From positions 310,001-374,000 of the forward strand of contig LSRY02000027.1 in assembly GCA_001643675.2 (NCBI GenBank): DNA of 64,000 nt, given 5' to 3'. Made by a program: the position numbers and the translations under genes. The stretch's first letter is position 1, and each line of letters begins with the position of its first letter. Positions 12,453 to 23,883 of this stretch are shown one piece after another. The DNA comes from Monocercomonoides exilis PA203. Taxonomy: Eukaryota; Protista; Preaxostyla. The notes below the pieces were generated by a model. The model saw only the letters and a program-made list of their open reading frames with translations. It was not told the origin of the DNA and ran no database searches.

Positions 12453-15400
12453 TCACAATGACAGATACAGCTCCTTCTGCTGCTGGGTGAGTGTTGAAAT
12501 GACAGAAGAGAGGCCCATCTCGTTCATTGCATTGCGCAAATCTTCTATTTCAGCTGATGACTTCACATGCACATCAGATAAGGCAGAACTGCGGGACAGG
12601 CGGAGAGAAGAAATGGATGGTGCATACACAGATGATGATGATGATGGAAAAGGAGATGATGATGACGATGATGATGAAGTTGTTGAAGAAAACAGCAGTT
12701 TTGGTGCTGTCCCAGTCGAGCTTGGCTTCAAAGAAGATTTCAGCATTTTATTCTGCTTTGTTGATGAAGTGCTTATTTGTGTCTTTGGTGTCTGTGTTGA
12801 ACTCAAATTCTGTTTTTTCTGTTTGTCCTGTTTCGAGAATGAGAAAGATTTTTCATTTATTTTTGCAGCATTGGCTGATTTTTGAAGATTCTTTGACTCA
12901 TTCGATTGTGTCGCTGTCTTTTGCAGCTCTTCCTCTTTCTTCTTCCTTTCTTCTGCCAATTTTCGTGACTTTGCTGATATTTTCGGTGTAAACGGGCATT
13001 TTGACATCTCCGATTTCCTGATTTGCTCTTCAATTCTCTTCTTTTCATACACATTGAGCGTCTGTGAGAGAGAAAAACGAGTGAAAATAGAAGAAGACGA
13101 TGATGGTGTCGGGAGTGAGGTGTGTGTGGTCAGAGGGCGAGCTGAACTGGGAGTGCGTTTGCTGAGCCCATTGAATGAAGAGGAAGGAGAAGGAGAAGGA
13201 GACAGAGAAGAAGAAAGAGAAGAAGAAAATGAAAGTGTTAAGAGAGGCTGCTGTTGTGTGGGTGTGTGACATGTGCGCTTTGTGCTGACTGTTTGTGCAG
13301 TCAACGGCTGCTGCTGATAGACTATCACTGCATCTTCATCTGATCGATTATCCTTTGTTTTTCTATTGAAATCTCCTTCTCTTCCTCTTCCTTCTTCTTC
13401 TTCTCTTTCTCTATCTTCATCCAATTCATCTGCCTCATTCTCATTCTTTCCTTGTGCTTTGTCAACAACTTTCTTCATCTCTTCAAACTTCTTCTTCGCC
13501 AAAAGAGAGCTTTTCGGAGAAATAGAAGGACGGAACGTGCATTCTCCAGCCTCAACAAAGAACAAAGAGTCTGTCTCCTCCCCCTCAGATGAATGAATAT
13601 TCACACCGTCTCTTCTTCTCCTTGTACTCATCCCCATCGACGCTCCAAAGGACATTCCTGTTTTCACATTCACACTTCCTCCATATCCTTCAATTGTTCC
13701 ATTCATCTTCCCCTTTCCCTCTTCTCTCCCGCTGCTAAATCCTGTTTTCCCTCCTCCTCTCAACTGCATCATCCAGTTCAGATTGGCTTGTGTAGACTTC
13801 TTTGATAGTATCTGTTCAGTCAGCGGATGGCTGCACGTGAATGTAGTTGCTGCTGCAGTTGAAGGGCGTCTGTTGATTGAGTGCTGATATGCTGTGGTGG
13901 ATGGAGAAAGAGTGTTGTTGTTCTTTGACAGTGCAGATGAAGAAGGAGATGAACATGTTGCTGATAAGCTTGATACACCTGCTGCTGTTGTTGTTGGGTT
14001 GAGTGTGCCATTCATCTGATTGCGCTTTCTCTGTTGCTTACCTTGTTGTGCAGCTACCCATCTCATCTGCTCCTCTTCTGTCATCTGCAGCGGAGTGAAC
14101 ACATCCACCAGCGGATGCAGAAGCGATGCTTTGGCTGAGGCTGCATTCAGACTGAAAAGTGGCTGAAGCAAAAGGAGAAAGCCCGATTCAGACAGAAGCG
14201 GGTATGTTGAGTCCAGCGGTGCCTCTGAAGTGAATGTGCCGTCTGTCTCCATCTGCTTCAGGGGGAGGGAGGGGCTTTCAGAAAGGTCTGAGAGAGACAA
14301 AGGCTTCGCAGCCAGCTGGTGCGGTGTGACTGTGTCAAGCACAAGTGTGGTAGTTGTCAGTGGAGACGAAGGGGATGGAGTGAGGGTGAGGACATTGCTG
14401 TCGTCAAATCGCTGTGTCGATGAGTCTGCTTCTTCTGCTCCTCTTTGAAGACTTTGTTGTGCATCGATGGTTTTTGAAGAAGGAGTAGAATTGACAGATT
14501 CAATTCTGTTGTCTCTTTCGCTCTCTTTGTTTGCATTCACCTCTGTTAACTCCTTCATTTCAGCACAAAATGTTCCTTCGTTCATGCCATCTATTCCACA
14601 TTCATCGTCATTCATCTCTCTCTCTTTCCTCTGCTCTTCAATTATCTGCCTCACTTGAGGCGGTGTCAGGTCAGATGCAAAGGCAGGCGAGGAAGAATTA
14701 AGAGAGGAGAAGAGATAGAATAGAGACGTCCAAATAGAAGGCGTCAGACGGAAAGGAGGAAGAGTTGATAGCAATTCAGAAGAAGAAGAAGAAGAAGATG
14801 ATGATGCTGAAGATGAAACAAAAGCAGAAGGCAGCAAAGAAGATGTCTGAATAGAACCAAACTCTTTGTGATGTGTTTGTGGAGGGTATATCTCAAACAG
14901 CTGCTTGATGAACTCCACATTCAACATCGATGGCACAAACAGAAACTGCTTCAGCTGTGTCTCTTGGGCAATTCCCTTTTCGTTTGCAATGGCAGGCATG
15001 CTGAGTGGGAGGGTGAATGTGGATTCAACAGAGAGTGTCTGAGAGGGTGAGATGGTGTGTGTCTGCTGAGGTGGTGTCTGGTAGATGGTGAAGTGATGAG
15101 GTGTGGCATTGGAAGATAACGAAGAGGATGAGGAAGAGCATGAAGATGAAGATGATAAAGGTGTTTGTTCATAAGATGGAGAATATGCTGTTATGTGTGA
15201 TAAATCAGTCGAGATCTGAGAAGAAGAAGAGGAAGAGGAAGAGGAAGAGGAAGAGGAAGAGGAAGAAGAAGAAGAAATCTGTGCATTGTGTTGAGTGACT
15301 GTTGGAGTGAAGAAGAAAGAGAAGGGATGTGAAGGTGTTGTCTCATCAGTGGGTGTGTATGACTCAAAACGAAGTGGGTCCTCATTCTCATCATCATCTT

Positions 15401-17552
15401 CTTCTTCTCCCTTTACTCCTCCTCCTCCTCCTCCAATCTCTGTTTTTTCTTCTTTCTCCTCTTTCGCTTCATTCAACATTTTACTTGCTTCTTCTTCATT
15501 CTGTTCTTCAAATTGACCTCTTTCACCATCATCAGATTGATCAGTCAATTTTTCAAAATCGTCTTCTTTTTCAGTCTTGCTAATGTTTTGATCTTGTTTT
15601 CCTTCTTCTTCGCATTCTTCGCCTTCTTTCTCTTCTGCACCCTCCACCAGCATGTCCTCTCCTTCTCCAATCATGTCACTCACTCCACACAACAAAAGTG
15701 CAAACAGCATCTTCCCTTGTTCTTTCTGCTTCTCCGTCACAATCTTCTTTGATTTCTTGCTCATCTTCACCGCCGTCTCTGACTCTGCCTTTGCTTTGTT
15801 GTGTGCCTCTTCCTCACTCGCCAGCTGCTGATGCTGCAGAGTGGCTGACTCCACATGCAGTCGCTTGAACGTCGACTGCATCGATTCTCTTCCACTCTGC
15901 CCGTCTGTGTTTGTGTTTGTGTTTGTGTGTGCAGCTTCTTTGTGCTTTGCTGAAGGTACTTTGGAAACACCAAATTTCTCTTCGTTGTATTTCTGGATTT
16001 CGATCTTCATCTGAAGCTTCTGCCGCCTCTGGGTGTCTCGCATCATCCTGTCCACCACATTCAGCCCTTCCTCTTCTTCTTCTATTTCATCGCCATCATC
16101 TTCTTCCTCTTCCTCCTCTTCCTCTTCCTCATCTTCATCTTTATCTTCTTCTTTGTTTTCATTCCCTTCCCCTTTATCTCCCTCTTTTCCTCTCCCAGCC
16201 ATTTCCTTTTCTCCTTCTTCAAATTCCCGAATAAATACCTCACTTTCTTCGTCTTCAAACACTTGTCGCATCAGTTTTTCTTTCTCTTTGTCGAGTTTCG
16301 CCTTCATCTTCTCTTCTCTCCTCTTCCTCTTCTCTTCTATTCTCCTCCTCTTCTCTTCCTGAATCTTCGCCTTCATCGCCTTCTGCCTCCTGTCAAACGA
16401 CTGCGTCTCCAACGTCGGCTGGAATGTGCACTCGGCTGACTGACATTGGCTGATCTCTTCTCTCTGCCGCCTCCGCTGCTCAGCATCTTCCATCAGTCGG
16501 TTTGTTATCCTCACACTGACTGGAAAAGAAGAAGATGCTGATGATGATGAAGATAATGGAGGTTGATCTCCATCCTGCCGATGCTCTGCGCTGTTTGGCT
16601 CTTCTTTTCCTTCACTTGAATAATCGCTTTGCCTCCTTTCTCCATTTTGAGCAGCTTTCTTCTTGTATTTTGTGATTGTCGGGTGGAACGTGCATTCGCT
16701 GTCAGGGCTGTAGTCTCTTCCGTCCTCCTCCACAATCCTCGGCTGTGCTAATCGGCTGATGCGCTTCATTTCCCTTGTGCTGAGCACCCTTCCGCTGCTG
16801 CTTATATCACCGCTCTGATTGTCATCCTTTTTGGGTTCAGTTGTCTTCTTTCTGTTTTCTTCTTCTTGTCTTTCCTTTTTTTCTTTCCTTTCTTCTGCAT
16901 CTTTCATTAGCCGAGAAACAAGATCAGATATTTCTCCTTCTGATCGCTTCACTTGTTTGACTTGTCCTGCCTCCTTCTTTTGTTGGGCTCTATGCCTTAT
17001 TATGCGATCTGCTCTGATTTCTTCGCTTTCGTGAACAAGTCTTTCAAAAAATTCTGGAGGAGGTGTCCTATTTCTTTTTTGTTGTGTTGATTTCTTTGCT
17101 TTATTGAAAGATTGGTGTGATTTAATTTGTTTTTCCTGCTTGTTATTGTTAATTTCATTGCTTTGAATTAACATAAATTTTGTTTGAAGAGCATCTGACA
17201 CAGATTTTGGAAGAGAATGTTTTGCGCAAAACTTTGAGCATGTTGCTGCAATGTCATCTCCATCATAAACTATAATTTTCTCTTCATGGCCTTTCAATTC
17301 AAACGTTGCAGCAAATAGAGGCTTTTTCTTATTGTCTGGAAATATTCGCACAAAGCAATAAAGTATGGATAAAAGAAATTGTTAATTGCAAGCAATATAT
17401 AAAAAGTATTTCTTTCGATAATAAAACAAATACCTTCGGGATCATTCGTTATTGAAGTTGATATAGGAAATTCACTCAAAGAACGAGGAGATGTTTCTTC
17501 CCAAATAGAATCGGCTTTTGAATGTTCATCATCAAATGCACTAAATGTGTCT
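12453..17552 (-). CDS. Large low-complexity protein with four CTF/CPF-x-P-x-I/L motifs (protist cytoskeleton-type repeat)
   Basis: 1632-aa ORF 12453-17351 with ECTFHPTI, ECTFQPTL, ECTFRPSI and KCPFTPKI. An upstream exon ~17434-17552 is flanked by AG/GT sites. The true start codon was not resolved. Confidence 0.7.
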
Positions 17553-18350
17553 ATATAAAAAGTGAGGTGTTTTAAAAGCAATATATCTTCCAAATTAAGT
17601 AATAATCAAAATACCTTGTGTGCTATCTTCACTTTAATATAAAATGTCACATTTATAAGATTCGCTTAACAATTAAATTTACAAGCAAATTTTTCAAAAC
17701 AAACTCGGTAACTTGGCAATTTTGACTTGCAAGTTCGATTATATCCATTTTTAACTTGATCTTGACCTTAATTTGACATTTGAAAAATCAGTAATTAAAG
17801 CATATATTTTTTTCATAAGATGGCTGATTCTTTTATAACTCACATGTTCATTCGGGTTTTGATCGAAATTTTAATCTCAATGGATTTTAATTGAAAACTT
17901 TGTTAATTATCGATCCAATTAATTCCTCAAAGTGATTTTCATTTGAAATAAAATTTAATTTTCTGCCAAAAAAGAAAATTGGGTTATTTGTTTTTTGTGT
18001 CACTGTTTATCAGTTAGTGAAATTTTTTTTGAAAATCAGATTTAATTAAAGCGTCTCAGAATGAAATTTTTTTATTTTTAAAAGAAATAGAAAAAAATAG
18101 TTTGATGTTATTTTTAGTTTCTTTAAAACTGAAGAATAAACTTTTGTGAGTTTTGAGTTTTGGGCAAATAATTATACAGTTTAGGCTGTTCTTTTTATAT
18201 GTGTGTTTGTTTTCAAAATCAGAAAAATAATCAGAGTGTGGATTCTTTGTCACAATTATAAAATTGACATGGAAACAAAAAAATGAAATGCTTTCAAAAT
18301 CACAAGTTTCACAAAATCCAATGTTAGAGATTAATGACAGATAATGAACA

Positions 18351-18677
18351 TATGGGGGAATACACGTACTTTTAAGCTGTTTTTTGAAAAAAACATAAAA
18401 CATTATTTCATTCATTTCTTTGTTGAACAAACTCAGATAATAAATTAACTTAAACATTCACATATGTTTTTATATATCACTTAAAGTTGAGTGTCAAGCC
18501 CAAACTTGTGCATAAACTGGCACACACTATTATATCATCACATAATGTTTTGTTCCTTCACATGAATTTCAAAAAATGGACTTCACATGTTTTTTTTTTT
18601 TTTTTTTTTCAAAAAGCTCATCTGAAGGAACTAACTTTTTTCATGAAAATGACTGAAGTGTTATATTTTCCCCCTTA
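18351..18677. mobile_element. Degenerate MITE-like element, family A copy 1
   Basis: Ends TATGGGGGAATA...TATTTTCCCCCTTA. The internal sequence is collinear with 19231-19507 (shared blocks such as tcaaaaaatggac and tgaaaatgNctgaag). Confidence 0.6.
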
Positions 18678-18825
18678 TGAAAATTTTTTTCATTGACAAC
18701 TCTTAATAATGATCAATTCAAAACCATATTTCATGTTGTTGATAGTGTTTTGTCAAATGTGAAAAAATTTAAGAAATTATAAAAAAAAATTATGATTTGT
18801 TCCTAACTTTTTCTTCAATCATATA

Positions 18826-19224
18826 CAGATATCGCATAAAATACCGGACATCGCACAAAATACCGGACAAGATCGATTTCACAATAACCGCAAGAGGAAT
18901 AATTCTGACAATTTTCATCAAAATACATCTCATTAATACAAACTCATTTGATAAACGAGACTTTCAAAATTGCTTCATTTGTGCTCAGAAAAAAAATAAT
19001 AATTAAAATTTCGGAGAAATAGAATTTTGAGTTTCTCCGAGATTATTAATTATAATTTTTTCTGAGCACAAATGAAGCTGGTTTGAAAGTCTCGTGGATC
19101 AATTGAGTTTGTATTAATGAGATGTATTTTGATGAAAATTGTCAGAATTATTCCTCTTGCGGTTATTGAGATATCGGTCTTGTCCGGTATTTTGTGCGAT
19201 GTCCGGTATTTTATGCGATATCTG
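18826..19224. mobile_element. 399-bp fold-back MITE, family B, TA target-site duplication (Tc1/mariner-type ends)
   Basis: TA|CAGATATCGCATAAAATACCGGACATCGCACAAAATACCGGACAAG ... CTTGTCCGGTATTTTGTGCGATGTCCGGTATTTTATGCGATATCTG|TA. The ~190-bp imperfect arms close on tcggagaaa...tttctccga. Confidence 0.9.
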
Positions 19225-19230
19225 TAATTA

Positions 19231-19507
19231 TAAGGGGAAAAATAAGGACATTCAAGCTTTTTTTGATCAAAACACAAAAAAATTGCTTTCACTCATTCAC
19301 TTATTTTTCTTTCTCAGATTTCAAAATAATTTTGATTTTCATATCTGTAAACAAATATTATTGAAATCAAAACATAAAGTTTTCCAACATTTTTCGAATG
19401 TCAAAAAATGGACATATTTTTTTTTGTGTCTTTTTATTTCAAATAAGTCAATGAAAAGTGCATAATTTTTCAATGAAAATGCCTGAAGCGAAATATTTTT
19501 CCCCATA
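19231..19507. mobile_element. Degenerate MITE-like element, family A copy 2
   Basis: Left end TAAGGGGAAAAATAaggacaTTCAAGC; the right end reverse-complemented reads TATGGGGAAAAATAtttcgcTTCAGGC. It is a direct repeat of 18351-18677. Confidence 0.65.
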
Positions 19508-19758
19508 AATCTTACATTCTCATTTATAACAATAATGAAAAATTATAAATATAGAAATATGTATTTGAATATATTGTGTTGAACATAATTCATGAAGTCA
19601 TCAATATTGCCCAAATTTTTCATATGTTTATTTGTCAACGAAATAGATATGAGATCACTTCAAATTAACAGTCACATCCATTTAATGTTCAGATAATAAA
19701 TTTATGATCATTTCTTGCAATTGGAAAATTTTTTTATTTCTTTTCTAATTCACAATTA

Positions 19759-22700
19759 TAGACCTGTGCGACAAGTGGCAAAATTTGTCAGTAACTGACA
19801 CAGGTGACCGACAGGACAATTTTTACTGATTGCAACCATTATTTTTTTATTTATTTCATTTTTTTAGAGTATTTTTACGAATTGAAAAATAAAATGTGCT
19901 CATAATTTTTTTTTCAAATTATTGATAGAATGTTTCATGTTTCTACAAAATTTAAAAATTTTGTTGGAACATGGCAGGAAATATTTATTTCAACAAAAAG
20001 AAAGAAAGAAAGAAAACAGAAATAGAAGAGAAGAAATCAATAGTATTTTTTTTATTCTTTGTCAAAAATGATAAAAAATATTTGATAAAGAAATATAAAA
20101 TATTTTTTCCAATTTTTTAGAAAATTCAATTAATCAAATTTTCCAAAATATATTTTTCGCTGACAAGATCTGTGAAAAATGGAATTTAATATGCCACTGG
20201 ATGTCACTTCTGTCACTGACATTCTGTTTAGTCAATGAAATAAACATATTTGAAAAAGAAACAGAATAACAAAATAATTTGTTGAGCAAATGAAATGTTT
20301 GAGATTTCATTTTTCCATCAATTGCAACCATAACTTTTTATTTGATATCTTGTTGTCCTTCTTTTTCAATGAAAGAACCAAATATATGTTAACAAAAAAG
20401 AACTGAAGATAATTTACTGAAAGATTGTTTTCACTAATTATTGTTTGAAGATGTGCATATTTGTTATTTTTATGATTTCATCACTCTTTGTTTGATTGAT
20501 TTGTTTTGCATTTTCCTTCATATGATGTGAATTTCATCCCTTGAAAATGCATTTCTCACTTTATTATTAAAACAAAACTTTCAAAGTTTTTGAATGTTCG
20601 TTCCGGATCTTTTACGAAATAAAGGATGAAATTACAATTTTTTTATGGAAGTGACAAGCAATATGAATGACTTTATGGAGCTTTTGAACTAGTGATGAAG
20701 AAAAAAGTGTGTGCAGCTACTTGAACCAATGAACAATTCCTTTTTGTCCATATGCAACAAGCTGGCCATGCTCATCATATCGTTTGAACAGCAATTGCTG
20801 AATTTCTGTCATTAAAATGCGGGTCATTCAATGAAATAAATGAAATAATGATCATTCTTTATTCTTCAGGAACATGCTGAGTTTTTTTTTAACGATCACT
20901 GACAAACTGATATATTTTACAGAACATTCATTCCACTAATCAAAATTCTTCACTCACGTTCCATGGTTCATGTCAGCTTCGATATTTTCATCCTGTTTTG
21001 GATCATCTTCGAAACAATATTTCTTTCTCAACACTCTTTATTCTATTTCAATGAGAAAATACGAAGATTCTATGAAAATAGAGGGAAACACTTGAAGAAA
21101 AAATTACAGTTGAAAAGAACAGAGAAAAAACTGCAGAATAGTAAGAAATATTAATCGAAGAAGATGAAAGGCAGCTTGAGATGATGAGAAAAAGATGATG
21201 AATGAAACGTGTTTTTTTTTTACCGGAAGATTGAATCAATATGTTTCTTTTCGAAGTTATCAGAAGAAGCAAAGAGAATTGTGGAATGTTATCCGAAGCA
21301 CTTTTTTTATAATAAATGAAATTAGGTTTCACTTCATTTTTTTGAGAAATAATAATAAATAAGAAAGCATTCTCAAACCCTCAAGCGCATGTTTTCAATT
21401 TTGTGAAATGAACATGAAGAAAGAAATTTTTGAGTCACAAACAAAATAAAAATATATTTGTTAATTATTCACAAAATATTCAGAGACATCTCATGATAAA
21501 TTATCGAAATATTTACAGCTTTGATAAAAAAATATTCCTTGTCATCTTATGAAATAGTGGTCGAATTTTTCTTCTTCCATTCATTCAAACATCTATAATT
21601 TTTGTTGACTTTCTTTCAACTTTGTCCTTTTCTTCTTTCTTTTTTTCTTTTTATTGCCTAATATGTTCATCGAAAAAAGAAAGAATTCTGATATCATTCT
21701 TTATTTCAATTTTTGCTGCTGAATCTCCAACAAAATGACATTTATAGTTCCCTTTTTCAACAAGCCATCAATTTTCAAAGCTCTGTAATATACTGCTATT
21801 TCAAAAAAAATAAATAATTATCTCACCTATTTCTTTGCGATTGTCCTTTGCTTGTCGGAATACTCTTTCAACGCTGTCAATAAGCCTGGTAATTTTTTCA
21901 TCAATCAATTTTCTACAAAATAAGAAAAAATTTCTTTCGCTCAACCATCTCCATATTGCATTCTCTTCTTTCCATTCTTTTTCTCCTTTTCCCTCAAACC
22001 TTCTCTTCCAATTCACACACTTCTCCAGCTCTTCCAATTCTCTCACTTCTTTCTGCACAAAATGCAGCTCATCAACAATCACTCCCACCAAGCTGCTGTC
22101 ATTGAATAATCTCCTGATAAAAAACTGCCAAGCTGACTAATTAGCAAGTTGAGTGATGTTGCGATGTTCCTGATGATGGAGGATGATTTCTTTGATTTCA
22201 TTCAGATACAATTCTTTTTCGACTTACAAAGATTAGAAAAAGATCGGGTGGAAAAAAATACATCAAAAAGGAAATTGAAGTGCTCAAACGTAAATCATGC
22301 CAGCGCAACTCAAAGCCAGCAAAACGATTTCCACTTCTTTTTGTCCCTCTTCGCTTTCATCTTTATTCAGTGCAACTTACAAATGGCAAGACACGCAAAT
22401 TGAAAGAAATTCCTGAGAAATCCACTTGTTCAATAAAAGATAGCATTCACAAAGATCAACCCAAAGCTTTTCATTCTTCTCTTCTATTTTCTTATCTTCT
22501 TCAATAATCATCTTCTCAAGTTTTGCACAACGATGACATTTAAAAATTAATGTTCCGCGCATCTCTCATGATTTTCAAATATCCAATGCGCTTCAGCAAC
22601 AACAATGCATTTTCCATCGAAAGATTCTTTTCTTCAATCATTTTGTCCATTTTATCGAACAGTTCTTTTGTGAACAAGGACAACATAACCCGTCCAAGAT

Positions 22701-23294
22701 TTTCTTTTCCATCATCAATTATTTCATTCATTTCTTCGATCTTCTGCTTCTGCTCATCCTCAGTGCAATGGTCAAGCTCAAGATTCAATTCTAGTAAAAA
22801 AACAAAGAAAGAAATACAAAAATCAAGAATTCAATAGCGACAATGAATGCAAACCTTTGTATTTTCATTTGGCATATATTTTTTTGCATTTTCTTCATTG
22901 ATTTCATTCAGGAAACGATATAATATCTTCGTAAATATTGTATTTGAACATGTTTGGATTTAATGAATTGAAGAGAAATCGAATCAAAAATTGTGTTTAA
23001 CAACGTTAGTATTAGAACTATTCATAAAATGATAAATATGATTAACAACGCATTTTATAAGAAAATAATGTTTAATGAATCTGTTTATGTTATAATGGAT
23101 TGAATGATCAAAAGATTGAAATTATATAAAAAATTATAATATAAACTTGATAAAATTATTTCATGCAACAAAAGCAATTTTATTATAAAAAATTTGAATT
23201 AATCTTTTTTATTTTTATTTTTATTTTATTTTTTTATTTATTTTTTTAGTGACCGACAGCAACAAAAAATGGCATGTCGTGTCGCACAGGTCTA
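19759..23294. mobile_element. Non-autonomous hAT-type DNA transposon (3536 bp) carrying host-gene cargo
   Basis: Perfect 15-bp TIRs TAGACCTGTGCGACA (19759-19773) and TGTCGCACAGGTCTA (23280-23294). Perfect 8-bp TSD CACAATTA (19751-19758 and 23295-23302). Subterminal motif GTGACCGACAG near both ends (~19804, ~23249). No intact transposase ORF. Confidence 0.92.
21480..22875 (-). pseudogene. Near-full-length pseudogene of a lineage-expanded helical protein family (FTKELFDKMDKMIEEK / DLCECY / SAWQF type)
   Basis: ORF fragments 22540-22788, 22377-22562 and 21801-22091 are collinear parts of one protein broken by stops (ICVSCHL*VALNKDESEEGQKEVE; HRNITQLAN*SAWQF) and frameshifts. GT-AG intron-like segment at 22791-22854. 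Family recognised from memory of Monocercomonoides hypothetical proteins. Confidence 0.75.
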
Positions 23295-23620
23295 CACAAT
23301 TATTTATTTTTGGTGGATCCTTTTTCGAAAGAAAGAAAAATTTTTATCCGAAAAAAGAAAGCGAAACAATTGATTTGAAAGTTAAAGTTAAAGATTTGTT
23401 CATGACAAAATTATCAGGATATGAGATTGTCACTCAACTGTGAACGGAAATGGATTAAACTGGCTATCATTCAAACAGAAATTCCGGTTCAAGAAAAATG
23501 ACTATGAAATTATAACTCAAATTTTTTCTCTTTTCAGATCAATAAAATAACTTATATAAAACATCAGCAACACATTCCGTTCTATGAGTCTTTTTGAAAA
23601 AAAACGAAAAATGATTCATT

Positions 23621-23883
23621 GTTATAATTATGTGTCATTCTTTTTGAAAAGTTGCAAATGTTTAACTTTCAAATAAATAAAAAAATTTCATATTTTGCTC
23701 AAATTTCTGTTAACATGCACCAAACTTCACTCATATAGAATGTATTTCTTGACAATGCTATTTCACACATTTTAATTAAGATAGGTTCGTGAAAATAGAA
23801 TATTGAGCAAAATATGAAAAAAAAATTTTTTTTTGAAAATAAAACATTTGCGACTTTTCAAAAAGAATGACCGTTATTATAAC
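23621..23883. mobile_element. 263-bp inverted-repeat (MITE-like) element, family C
   Basis: ~90-bp imperfect arms: gttataat..gtcattctttttgaaaagttgcaaatgttt..ttcatattttgctcaa versus ttgagcaaaatatgaa..aaacatttgcgacttttcaaaaagaatgac..attataac. Confidence 0.7.

Noticed and set aside
18797-19292. Two near-identical short ORFs on opposite strands (YRYRIKYRTSHKIPDK...)
   Set aside because: They are the two arms of the 399-bp MITE, not genes.
20650-20795. VTSNM and WPCSSYRLN resembling hAT transposase D-NM and CxxH motifs
   Set aside because: They are in different frames, the key Asp and His are missing, and there is no RW or dimerisation motif. Too weak to call a transposase.
22130-22385. In-frame TAG/TAA suggesting the TAR=Gln code of some other oxymonads
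   Set aside because: PARP and GH3 end at TAG exactly at their domain ends, long ORFs contain no internal TAR, one stop appears to replace Lys, and frameshifts co-occur. This is pseudogene decay.
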